Below, piece by piece: positions 36,601 through 46,741 of a stretch of DNA of 64,000 bases. This DNA is from Setoptus koraiensis. Lineage: Eukaryota; Animalia; Arthropoda. A model generated the notes under the pieces. It had not been told where the DNA came from. It was given only the letters and a program-made list of their open reading frames with translations, and searched no databases. The stretch covers positions 3,286,001 through 3,350,000 of the forward strand of contig CM106586.1 of assembly GCA_048013815.1 (NCBI GenBank), written 5' to 3'. The position numbers and the translations under genes were made by a program. How positions within the stretch are numbered: the stretch's first letter is position 1; each line of letters starts with the position of its first letter.

Positions 36601-39600
36601 GCCGATGCTCACGTGTGCCGACGCTTACATGTGCCGATGTTCATATGTAACGGGGCACCCACAGCAAGGTGTACACAGCGAGGTACACATAGAAAGTGTT
36701 GGCGGGATCGCGCGAAAAAGTCGATCCCCCGACGGGCAGGTCGCTCGACAAGCGCCACGGCCGTTTCAGGGGGCCATTTCAATAAGTGTGCGCACGTAGC
36801 TCGCCCCAAATGGGCCCCTCGATCTGTCGAGAGTCTCTTTGTTGTGTTTTATTCGTTTGGCCGGCCGATTGGGCCAGGCAAGTTTCGGTGAATCGCGTGT
36901 GAACAGCGCGCGCCGGCCAGATAATTATGCAGCCAGCGATTAATTGCTTACAATTCCGACGCATTTAATCACTCAACGTGTGCGTGTCCGAACCGTGTTT
37001 GCTTCGCTCGGCATCTCCGACCATCCGACCATTTGACCATTCGACCATTCGACCATCTGACCATCGGGGCGGCATTTGCGGCAAGCAACTGCCCGGCCGG
37101 TAATAGTCACTGGCTAGGTGTGGTCAGCTTTATTCAACTGACGGCGAGCCGGGCCAATCTGGCCAATTGTGTGGATAAGTGTTGTGTTTGGCGTTGTTTG
37201 TTGTTGCTCGTTGTTGCTTGTCGTTGCTGTCTCTGTCCACTTGATCTGACGCCGAACAAAGCGTCTCGTTGGCAAGACGGCCGCCGCCGCCTGCCCATCA
37301 AATTAGCGAGCTAGCGAGCGTTAAACGATTACCTGAAAGCATCGATTAAACACACGCTACTTTTTGTGGAAATCTTCATTGTTGTTGAGTTGCTTTGTCG
37401 CCTCGCTGGTCGGCTTTGGGCCGGCTCGCCGCCAGGCTTTGGGCCGGCTCGCTGGTCGCCCGCCGACACCCAAGCAGCGCACCGGTGGGGCGCCATTGTT
37501 GCTGGCGTTATTGTGCGCTCAACAAGCACTCGCCAACCAACAATACAAATTGCGCTTGAGTGGCGCTGGTGGCCAGCGCAAAGTGACTGCGAGAGATTGC
37601 ATCATGGAGATTGTGTGGGCCCCACTCTGGCACAGCACAAGTGGCCAATGCGCTGTATGATTGAATACAGACGAGATAAACATCACCTCGTGTCCTCATC
37701 CCCATGTTTGTGCCTCATCTGGCCAATTGGCCGCCGCCATCTGAGTCGCCCATCAAGCCAGCCAGCCAGTCAGCCAGCTAACTGGCACTAGACGGCCAGC
37801 TATCCGGGCTAAGCTGCGGCCGACATAAGCTAAGTGAATAATCGAGTGGCGGCCCTCTCAAACTGTCCGCACTCTGGCAAACAAATGCCAGTCGCGCACT
37901 CTAGCAAATTCTCTGGCCGGTCGCTCTCTAGCGAATTCACTGGCCAGTGGGTTCGCCAGGCCCGAAATAGATATAACTCTGCCAGGGATAATTGTCTAGC
38001 CGGCTTAGATCAACAATGCGCTCCAAGATAAACAGATGCCTCGCCCTCGCTGGGCACCGCCGAGTTGTTGTCGTCGTCGTCGTCGTTGTTGTTGCGCAAC
38101 ATTAAATATTAAACTGGCCGGCCGACTCACAACAACAAAACGTCGGATAAATATATAAATAAATATATATATATATATATATATTGTGTGGGGCCCCTTC
38201 GCTCGATCGTGGAGTAAAAAGTCGGCCAACGAGCAGGCAGGCTTTTCATTTTTTCTCTTGCAGCGTTCTCGTTCTCTTTTGCTCTCTTGCGACCGGCCAA
38301 CAATTGTCGACACACACGCACTGGCCGACACAACTCGACACAGATAGTTGTGACAATTAAAGCATAATGCCAGCGATAACACTGGCAGCGCGGGGCCTCG
38401 CCAAATCGATTTGGCCTGGGCGCCGCCAAACGGGCACCGCTGGCCAGGCGATCGGGCCAGCTCGATTGAGCCTCCATTGGGGCCAGCTCGATTGGGGCCC
38501 CCAACGACAATTGCTGCAGGCCGTGCCAACAGCAAGCACAGAACTGGCGCTCTGACAGAATGGCCACCAATATTTCACATTAATACATGATTGGCACATG
38601 ATGGGCACACCGAATCGGTTTGGTGTCAGGTAGGCCGCACATGTAAACATGGAGCGAACATCAGATGAGCCATAAACTGGTCAGTTGGCCGCTGCAAGCA
38701 AACCGCTCAGTCACCTTCGGCATAACAGGTAACCATTGCTCTTTTGGTGCTGCCAAATCGATTATCACAAGTTGTCAGTGTCTGTCGGTTGTTCGCGCCA
38801 ATTACAATACAAATCTGCGTTGATCCGGCCGCAATTTGGGCCCGATTTGTTGCACCCATTTGCTGTCCGGTCAAGGGTGACCGGACAGGCGATTTGTTGA
38901 GACAGCAGCGACGACAGCACCAATCATCGTTGCCGTCCATTGTTGTTGCATGGTGGCCTCGTAGCCTGGGTCTGGTGGCCAAAATGAGCCTGTTGGCCAA
39001 ACTGAGCCTGTTGGCAGCGTCGTTGTTTGTTTGCTACTCACCTCTTGGTCGGCCTCCCTGATGGAAGAAACAAACTCGCGCAAGAAACTGTCCAGCTCGC
39101 TGCCCTCGATAAATCCATTTCCTGCATAACAGTGGGCGAGACAGTCGGAAAGTTATGGTTAGTAGATGGTGTATATGGTGTCTACCTGAGCAAATCAATA
39201 TCCATGTTTGCGGGCACAATCATCGCCAGAATTGGCCGACATCGGTGCGGGCATGCTGGCGACATTCGTTGATTGTTGTTGCCGGCATCATGCATCGATT
39301 TATCCGCATCATATTCGCTTGACACAGTGCTGCACACTGCCTGACGATAAATCACCGCCGAACACTACCCAGCGATCTAGCGCCCAGCGGGGGGCGGGGG
39401 CGGCCGGCCTGACAACCAGCCGGCTACTCACGATCGGGGGCCCACGATCGCTCGCTCGCCGATCACATGCTGAACGGCAGGTGATGATGGCCACATCATA
39501 CAGAGAATAATAAACAATCGCCTAACGATCAATTCATACACACTCCCCCCCCCCCAACCGTTTGCTGCAAACTGCCAGCCACTCCCCCCTATCCGGTTCC

Positions 39601-40445
39601 GTCATTCGCGCGCTCAATATCCCCTTGCAGCGGGCGATCTAGCCAAGACGAGCTAGGCAAAGTGTGCGGGTGTCGCCCGGCGGGTAATTCGTCAGGACAG
39701 ATTTTTCTGACAGGCTATCAATCTGTGTGTGTTTGTGTGCGTTAATCTCTGCGGCTGCCGTTGCATAATGTCGCGCCGGAACACAAACACAAAGTGCATA
39801 GTGCCGACAGCTCCAGTTGCCGTACGTTCGCTTGTTGTTGTTCGTCCGCCGCAGTCTCTGTGCCCCTCTGCCTGCTGGCAAAATGGCTTCTCTTTATTTA
39901 TTGTAATATCAACCAGGCATCTGCGCTGTGTCCGCCGGCCCGACGGTGCGCCATTTTCAGCTGGCCCCACATTCAGGGTCATGTGTCGCTCGATAGGTGT
40001 CTCACTGATGGGCGCCCAACGGTGTCTAATCATATGCGCTGTCCAATCGCATCCCACGGTGACGGGCCGCCAAACTCGTCGCAAATGAGTGTGTGCTGAA
40101 AGATTAGGCCGCTTCAATTGGGCTCGACTGGGCTCTGTTGATGGCGCTAACGAACAGCGAAATATACTATATCCATAAGCGACTTTTGACAAGTTTGCAT
40201 GCCACTTCGCCACACTTTACACTCCGCTCAAATTCGCATCCAACCCATCATAGCTCAAATATTGATTTCTACTACGGCGCAAACTTAATTAAGCGGCTCT
40301 ACTCACCGTCTTGATCGTAATTGTTCCAGACCTCGAGGAATTGTTGGGACGTCAAATGCTTCAATGCTTTCGTGTTGGTGTCACGAAATTTGCTCATAAA
40401 GTTGTGCGGACCAGCTTGGCCACTTGTTACCAATGACGATGACAT
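17006..40445 (-). CDS. Cbp53E: Calbindin-32/calretinin-like hexa-EF-hand protein; exons 40445-40307, 39121-39042, 18353-18264, 18124-18038, 17938-17712, 17586-17481, 17388-17317, 17179-17006 (975 nt, 324 aa)
   Basis: Manually joined exons keep frame with GT-AG ends and give EF loops (YDQDGNGFIEGSELD, YDNNKDGRIDIREL, YDVDSSGFIDSDEL, FDQNKDGKLQLSEM, YDRDHNGIIENEEL, CDSNGDGKINKKEL), co-linear with Drosophila Cbp53E as recalled. Confidence 0.93.
18620..18934 (+). mobile_element. Possible decayed non-LTR retrotransposon ORF2 fragment (endonuclease-RT linker)
   Basis: IRESHVNY...DPAKFW...TDDDIRKKKSEHYF resembles the 'IR.AK..Y...DPKKFW...TD...KA..FN.YF' linker of LINE ORF2; weak, by eye only. Confidence 0.25.
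22368..22418. repeat. Tandem repeat, 14-bp unit TGGCAAGCTAGACG x3.6
   Basis: Exact copies read directly. Confidence 0.95.
26496..26554. repeat. 42-bp near-perfect palindrome (26496-26537) followed by an 18-bp perfect palindrome GCCAGATATATATCTGGC (26537-26554)
   Basis: CTTTGTGTATGGCCA-GATATATATATC-TGGCCATATACAAAG, one G-T. Confidence 0.92.
29039..29087. repeat. Tandem repeat, 7-bp unit TCTAGA(A/G) x7
   Basis: Read directly; one copy is TGTAGAG. Confidence 0.92.
33386..33425. repeat. Perfect spacer-less 40-bp palindrome
   Basis: GCTCACCTGTGCACCGTCGG|CCGACGGTGCACAGGTGAGC. Confidence 0.97.
36553..36646. repeat. Degenerate 16-bp tandem repeat (core GCCGATGTTCAT), 4 clear copies plus 2 decayed
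   Basis: Units start at 36583, 36599, 36615, 36631. Confidence 0.8.
37017..37064. repeat. Tandem repeat, 8-bp unit YYGACCAT x6
   Basis: Read directly. Confidence 0.9.
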
Positions 40446-41145
40446 TTTCACGACGGTACTTGCTTGATGACTCGGTATGTATGCTTGCTTGTTTGCTTTA
40501 TTCTTATTTTACTAGATTGGATATAGTATCATTTAGTTATTCTTGCGATATAGTCTTTGCCTCTCTTTCTCTCGGCTAGACGATAACAACACCAACTCTT
40601 CACTTGCACTACCAATTGCGATTGAATCGGTTTGGTTAGAGCTCGCAACAGTGGATGAACAACAAAAGCGACTTGTACAACTTTTGCAACAGCGACCCTC
40701 CAACTTCGATCATTCTGATGCCGGGCGCCCCACTAGGTTCACCTAGGACATATCGCCTAAACGCATGCGCCCCATGATGAAACTCACTAAAGAGTGGAAG
40801 GTGGACGAGCCGGGGTACACTGTCGTCCAAAACGATTGTGCGCACACGATACGGAGGCGCTGGATGAAATTTTGCAAAACAATTTTTCGAGCACTTGTCA
40901 TTCGATCGATAAATCATTCAGACAGGATAGACAAGCCAAACAGGAAGCAGGACAAGAATGAAGGTTCACAAAGGTGATAGATTAGATTACACACAACTTG
41001 ATTTTAGTTTAATATTTATAGATGACAATCTATGTAGACAATATATACTTTGTATTATAATATTGTAACTCCATTATCTTTTTTATCTAAATCTTCAATA
41101 GTAATGATATTTCAAGCACACCAAGATTAGTTCATCCTATTAATA

Positions 41146-42399
41146 TTAATATCTACCCCTGGATAAACTGCGAGTTGAATAAGGATTGGGTCTTAGTAGA
41201 TCAGGTTGCGCATTTTGCGGATTGGAACCAGAGTTTGCAGGTAAAGATTGCTGGGGTGGAAAGTATGATGGAGCTCCGGCGTATGACGGCGCATAACTTG
41301 GACCCCTTAGACTACTACTATTGCTTGGTGCTTGCTGTTGCGGATAAGGCGACGGGGGTGGATATGGTGCGGGCGGCGGTTGAGAGGTCGCTTGATGGTT
41401 GTTGAATGGTTGTTGCATGCGATAAAATTGAGGAGGCGGCGGCGGAGGTTGCTGCTGCTGTTGTTGTTGTTGCTGCGATTGAGGGGGCGGTGGCGGCTGA
41501 TGCGGAGGTGGCTGTAGTTGAGGTGGCCCCTGTTGCATCTGCTGCGATGGCTGCGATTGTTGTAGTGATGGTTGTAGAGGATCCCCTGACTGAAGCGGCG
41601 GCGCCGGAGGAGCAGGCGGGCCTGGAGGAGCCGGTGGACCCGGTGGACCAGGAGGACCCGATTGATGACTGTTGTATGGTGGTTGCATGCGATAGAATTG
41701 AGGCGGCGGTGGCGGTGGTGGCTGTTGTTGCTGTTGCTGCTGTTGTTGTTGCTGTTGCTGCAACTGATGCTGCTGTTGGAGTTGATGCTGTTGTTGTTGT
41801 TGGCTCTGTTGATGTTGCAATTGTAGCTCCTGTTGTAATTGCTGTTGATGCTGGCCAGCTGATGTCTGTTGTGGCGCAGTTGGAGGAGCCGACGAGCTAT
41901 GGGTACTATCGTTAGCCTCATTGAGAGGATCGAACTCTTTGTTGGATCTAGCAGATGTGTCAGCACCATCGGACGGCGTTGGATCTACAGTGGCAGTCGA
42001 ATCAGGGTCAGTGAAGTCAGATAAATAGATCGACATTTTTTCAATAAAAGATTTCAGTTCCTTGCGTGCCCTAGTGTTCAATAGAGGATTAACCATTTTT
42101 GTAGGTTCATCATAGTCTACAATAGATAGGTTTAGCTTAAGAATGTTATTAGATGTTTGAATAGCCAGCTTTAAATCAGTGTCATCTGTGATGGTGATAA
42201 GGTCGCCGTCATCGTCCTTGTATTTAATAAGCAGCGGATCTTTGACGTCAATTTTGCCAGAAAAGATTCTTTGCATCATGCATTCCAGATCGGGTTTAGT
42301 AAGATCTTCGTTGTTGATGGCAACACGACGAATGTCATCATTAAATTGCACCTTGATTATAAAGGTGCCACCACCGGTTTGAGCCTCCATATTGTTCAT
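41146..42399 (-). CDS. TFG: Protein TFG (PB1 domain plus Pro/Gln-rich tail), intronless
   Basis: IIKVQFNDDIRR and LLIKYKDDDGDLITITDDTDLKLA PB1 motifs; polyQ/polyP tail; C-terminal PNPY. Confidence 0.93.
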   Translation of the reverse strand: MNNMEAQTGGGTFIIKVQFNDDIRRVAINNEDLTKPDLECMMQRIFSGKIDVKDPLLIKYKDDDGDLITITDDTDLKLAIQTSNNILKLNLSIVDYDEPTKMVNPLLNTRARKELKSFIEKMSIYLSDFTDPDSTATVDPTPSDGADTSARSNKEFDPLNEANDSTHSSSAPPTAPQQTSAGQHQQQLQQELQLQHQQSQQQQQHQLQQQHQLQQQQQQQQQQQQQPPPPPPPQFYRMQPPYNSHQSGPPGPPGPPAPPGPPAPPAPPLQSGDPLQPSLQQSQPSQQMQQGPPQLQPPPHQPPPPPQSQQQQQQQQQPPPPPPQFYRMQQPFNNHQATSQPPPAPYPPPSPYPQQQAPSNSSSLRGPSYAPSYAGAPSYFPPQQSLPANSGSNPQNAQPDLLRPNPYSTRSLSRGRY

Positions 42400-43672
42400 T
42401 GCCTGCTGGTGTTCGCTTCAAAGTAGTGACTGTTTGACAAACAGATTAATAGTTTCAATTACTAGATTGTGACGGCCGTAATGAGTGTGTATAAGTGTAT
42501 AATAGTAGTAAATAGTTAAATTAATAATAGTGATTAGTAATAATGATAGTTGAAGATGCAAATTAAAGCCGATTGACAATAGTGGAAAATCCTCCTGACG
42601 CACACCGTAGGACACGTAACCATATTCCTGTAACTCACAGGCTGTATAGGTGTGTGTGTGCCTGGCTTTTGACTCTGCAGGACCGTTCGATCCGACGTTG
42701 TGCGCATGTGTAGAAATGTGACCGCGAATTACGAAAGGCGTTAAAACGAAAAGTTGATTTGACTGCGAATGGCGATCAGCAGTGGCGTTTGTTAGCTAAC
42801 ACTTGTACTGTACACTTGTAATGGCCAGTCTGGTGATTTGCCAATTTTACGTTGCCAATGTAAAATTGACAAATCCCCCTGTCGCAACTAATGGGATTAG
42901 GCAACGTATAAAATTCATTTTGGGGTTTTATTGGGCAACAGACAAACGGGACACTAATGCGTGCGTTACCTGTGCGCTGGCCTCCACAGAGAAATAAGCG
43001 CACTGCAAAAGGTTCGCATGATTTGTTCGGTAGGGATATTTCAATGTGCAAAGCGACTCATACACAGAATGTGCGTCTCCGTTCGATTGTGTGTGTGTGT
43101 GTGCGTTTCTTTCTCTCTTGTTTGCGAAATTGCACTGTACACAATTCTGCACACGGTTACAGCAGTGTTATTGGAACAACACTCACAGCACAGCTACTTG
43201 TGTTTACTTTTCAAGTCAACGCACTGCAATAATACTGTTATCTATAGATAGCTTCTCCTCTGGTATACCAATGTAATCTAGCAAACAAATTGAGAGACAG
43301 ACAGAGAGAGGAGAGAGTATAAAACAAAGGAATATCATTGGCATAGGTGAACGATATTTATTATTGTCGTAAATAGAGATTATTAATTATTATTATTATC
43401 GAGCTGTTACCACAGACGCAAAACACCTAGATAATTGCACAGATTATTAGAGTGTTTTTGTTATTATGTCGTATAAAACAACAACCATCTCTCCACACGC
43501 TCTCTAGTCACTCTCAACAAAGGAATTGCACTTGAGAATTTTTGTAGTGACTAACACTCTATCGCCAACCAACAGACGACACGCACGCTATTTGGTTACA
43601 ATCAATTCGCACCAATTATTTGTTGGTATTTGGTACTGGCTACATTGGACCAGTGATCGGACCCCTTGGACA

Positions 43673-46600
43673 ATGAACTCATCTACTCTTGTGGCTACAG
43701 TGTCTATTAACTACGAGGACTTTGCTCAGGGCTTTCTAACATGTAGCACCTGTTTTCACGCCTACGACCAGGACGAGCATCCGCCAAAATTGTTATCTTG
43801 CTCTCACACAATATGTCGCAGTTGTCTCGAACGAATTGCCTCGACGCCCTCACTCAACAATTGCCAACCAGGACACATAACGTGCCCAATGTGTCGCCAG
43901 ACCATAGCCATACCAGATGGTGGCGTTGGAGCTTTGCCTCCGTCATTTCTTATCAATCAACTGTTTGATTTATTGAACAAAAAGCCGCGAGAATTTATAC
44001 CAAAATGCTCTGTACATGACACACAAGAGCTACTATTTTGTGAGACATGTGACAGCGTTTTTTGTGATTATTGTGAAAACGAATCTGGTCCAAATAAGCA
44101 TATCAACGATATTAATAGAGACACGCAAAACACTTCCAGCACTCAAAATATTATCAATAATAATCAACAACAACGTACAAACGCTGATGTTAACTTGAAC
44201 CTCACCTCTGATACAACAGATGACAATGCAAAAAAGAATATCACCGATGCTTCACAACTATCATCATTCAATACTCGATCTCAGACATCAGCCACCAACA
44301 TACACGAAACAGATGGCAACAAGACCAATGGCTCCATTGCAGAACATACTGTCATACCTTTCTCTATTGCAATCAAACGAATGTCAGAGATTCTACATTA
44401 CAGAGGCCAACAGTGTATTTCAAAGTTGAACGAGGCTGCAGACAACGTGCAAAAAGAAATTTCCAAGCTTGATGCTAACTCAGCCACTGCTTTGGAGGAT
44501 ATAGATAAGGCTTTCAATCAAATAAAATCCATAATTGATAAACGCAAAAAGGAGCTTGTCAGCGAAGCGAAGAAAGTCAAAGAAAATAAGAGAAATGTCC
44601 TCATGGAACAGATGAAAATTATCGAAAATGAAAAGTCAAAAGTCAATCTTGATGGTGTCAAAATTAAAAACCAGATGGATGTCAAGAATCTCAGCAAAAA
44701 GATCAGCGAATTAACAGAACGCAATGATGCAGCCCAGACTTTATACGCGCCAAGAGAGAACTGCTTCATTTGTTTCGAGGAACAACAAAAAGAAATAATT
44801 GATTGCATATCAAAATCTGTCAAAAGCTTTGGTTCTGTTAGAACTAGCAAAACTTATCCACCTTATTGCACTGCATCCATTGTGAAATGTGCCACATTTC
44901 TAAAATCAGTCGCTCAAGTACAGAGTATTGATTACAATGGCTGCAAACAAAAATTTGGAGGAGATCCAATCTCCGCTCAATTAAGACATTGTGAATCAAA
45001 ATCAGTCATAGATACCATAGAGATAGTCGACAATCGTGATGGAACTTATGAGGTATTTTTTGTGCCCCCAGAACCAGGAAAATATCAGCTATCTATCTTC
45101 ATATTTAATCGTCCAATAAAAACAAGCCCTATAGAGTTTGAAACTTGTGCTCATCACAATCCTGTGAGCATATTTGGGCAAAGAGGTAAAGATATCAATC
45201 AATTTGACCAACCAGTCTCACTTGCAATCAACAGGAACAATGGCAGACTCTACATTTTGGACTCTTTCAATAGTAGATTGAAGCTACTAGCTCAAAGTGA
45301 CAATAATCAAGATCCTTTCAACTTTATGGTCCATATAAAACCCCAATGTCTTGGTAGATCGTGTACAAGCGTAGCCCTTCTCTATAAGCAATCCGATGTA
45401 TCTACGAAGGACGATCATCAAGACGGACACAAAGACTTGGCAGAACTGAAGCTAATGTCTCAAGAGTCTATCCACGACATCTATACTGAATCTCAAGTTG
45501 TGCTACCTTGCGTTGTTACAGGGCAACAGAATGCAATGCCTATCAATATGCATGGAAGTCCTAGATTTCCAAATCCAAATATTCTAGTCACAAATTGGCG
45601 CGATCACGTTGTTTATGAGCTTGAGCCCCATGGAATTATAGCAAAAAAATATGAGACTGAGGACATGGTTGAACCAACCATTGTAACAGTCGACAACAAT
45701 AATAATGTAATAGTGGTTGACCGTAACCTAATATTCATATTTGACTCGACAAACGGAAAGTTGAAGACAAAATTGACTGGTTATACCTACGCGGACAAGA
45801 CAATTACCAGCACCGATGAATCAAGTGCCACCAAGACAACCTTAAGATCTGAGCTTACAAAAAAATCAACCAGAAATACTCTGCCAGTTCCCCCGCGTCC
45901 TATTATTTGCACTAACAATATAATCATCGCTAGTAATCAGCCCAATAATGCCAAGATTGACATATCAAACAACAAATCTTCTACTCTGAAACCTACATCC
46001 GGGAAGAAGTCATCTCTGAATTCGAAAGCTTCATCATCGCTACAACGAGGTTCGAAGGCCATGTTTTCGGCAGCCTCAAAACTTAAGTCAACTTTTACAT
46101 TGCCCCACTCATCATCTTTAGTAAATGCGGTTTCCTTGCAATCTATGTTCAAGAATCAGCACCACGAATCGCCGGCTAACGATAACAAGAAACCGAACAG
46201 CAAAAATAGTAACATCAAATCTAATATTGTATTGGTAACCAATAATGGTTATCAAATTGACTATCTTGAAGAGAAAACCGTCAAACCTGACCTAACGAGT
46301 GAATCTTTCGACACAAAAGATCTGTTAGGGCTGGAAAAAGTCTGTCCCGCACCCTTCGGTGTGATTGGCGCCATTGCTATCGGTCCTGATAATGAGCTTA
46401 TTGTTGCGGACGAGTCAAAACTAAGAATATTGTCACCCAGCTCACAGTATTTTGTCATTAGAGAAATCGATATCGATGCAAGTAGTGAAAAAACTAAGAA
46501 TAGCAAAGGTACTTTTAGTGGTCTGGTGTACGATTCTGACAGAGATTTGTTGCTATGTCTCCGAAATGAGAAAGCCAAATCATTCATACAAATAGTTGAT

Positions 46601-46741
46601 TATCGCCTCGGTACATTAAAATTCACTATAGATAGCAATGACTCCCGTCTTATGAGACCTAGCTCAATAGCGATCTACAGTAATTATGTGTATGTTACCG
46701 ATCTGGGTAATGACTGCATCAAGAAGTACCGCTACTATTGA
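43673..46741 (+). CDS. TRIM-NHL E3 ligase (RING, B-box, coiled coil, filamin repeat, NHL repeats), TRIM2/3-like, intronless
   Basis: VSINYEDF..FLTCSTC..PKLLSCSHTICRSCL..CPMC RING; CSVH..CETCDSVFCDYC B-box; GGDPISA..DNRDGTYEV filamin; NHL repeats. First ATG is 43673; the track's start is TTG. Confidence 0.92.
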   Translation: MNSSTLVATVSINYEDFAQGFLTCSTCFHAYDQDEHPPKLLSCSHTICRSCLERIASTPSLNNCQPGHITCPMCRQTIAIPDGGVGALPPSFLINQLFDLLNKKPREFIPKCSVHDTQELLFCETCDSVFCDYCENESGPNKHINDINRDTQNTSSTQNIINNNQQQRTNADVNLNLTSDTTDDNAKKNITDASQLSSFNTRSQTSATNIHETDGNKTNGSIAEHTVIPFSIAIKRMSEILHYRGQQCISKLNEAADNVQKEISKLDANSATALEDIDKAFNQIKSIIDKRKKELVSEAKKVKENKRNVLMEQMKIIENEKSKVNLDGVKIKNQMDVKNLSKKISELTERNDAAQTLYAPRENCFICFEEQQKEIIDCISKSVKSFGSVRTSKTYPPYCTASIVKCATFLKSVAQVQSIDYNGCKQKFGGDPISAQLRHCESKSVIDTIEIVDNRDGTYEVFFVPPEPGKYQLSIFIFNRPIKTSPIEFETCAHHNPVSIFGQRGKDINQFDQPVSLAINRNNGRLYILDSFNSRLKLLAQSDNNQDPFNFMVHIKPQCLGRSCTSVALLYKQSDVSTKDDHQDGHKDLAELKLMSQESIHDIYTESQVVLPCVVTGQQNAMPINMHGSPRFPNPNILVTNWRDHVVYELEPHGIIAKKYETEDMVEPTIVTVDNNNNVIVVDRNLIFIFDSTNGKLKTKLTGYTYADKTITSTDESSATKTTLRSELTKKSTRNTLPVPPRPIICTNNIIIASNQPNNAKIDISNNKSSTLKPTSGKKSSLNSKASSSLQRGSKAMFSAASKLKSTFTLPHSSSLVNAVSLQSMFKNQHHESPANDNKKPNSKNSNIKSNIVLVTNNGYQIDYLEEKTVKPDLTSESFDTKDLLGLEKVCPAPFGVIGAIAIGPDNELIVADESKLRILSPSSQYFVIREIDIDASSEKTKNSKGTFSGLVYDSDRDLLLCLRNEKAKSFIQIVDYRLGTLKFTIDSNDSRLMRPSSIAIYSNYVYVTDLGNDCIKKYRYY

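Larger units (their letters stand above)
18354..39041 (-). other. Giant intron 2 of the calbindin gene (20,688 nt), GC/CpG-rich
   Basis: Donor GAG|GTGAGT at 39041, acceptor TCTAG|CCT at 18354; flanking exons join as ...READQE|PLSEALL...; no credible nested CDS. Confidence 0.88.

Noticed and set aside
19200-39000. Dozens of overlapping ORFs in the GC-rich intron (e.g. 23305-23931, 25737-26351, 31630-32445, 34042-34800)
   Set aside because: Occur in all six frames, are Arg/Ala/Pro/Cys-rich as expected from GC-rich DNA and microsatellites, mostly have non-ATG starts and show no recognisable domain
40543-40977. Protein-like frames upstream of calbindin on the + strand
   Set aside because: No consistent start/splice model; frames are interrupted by stops
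41175-41969. Alternative-frame/antisense ORFs over TFG (also over 54812-55475 and 49389-49991)
   Set aside because: Shadows of CAG/CAA/CAC-rich coding repeats
43526-43672. 49-aa N-terminal extension of the TRIM protein (also the 14-aa extension of GALNT11 from 1216)
   Set aside because: Starts are TTG calls from the ORF finder; the conserved region begins at the first ATG
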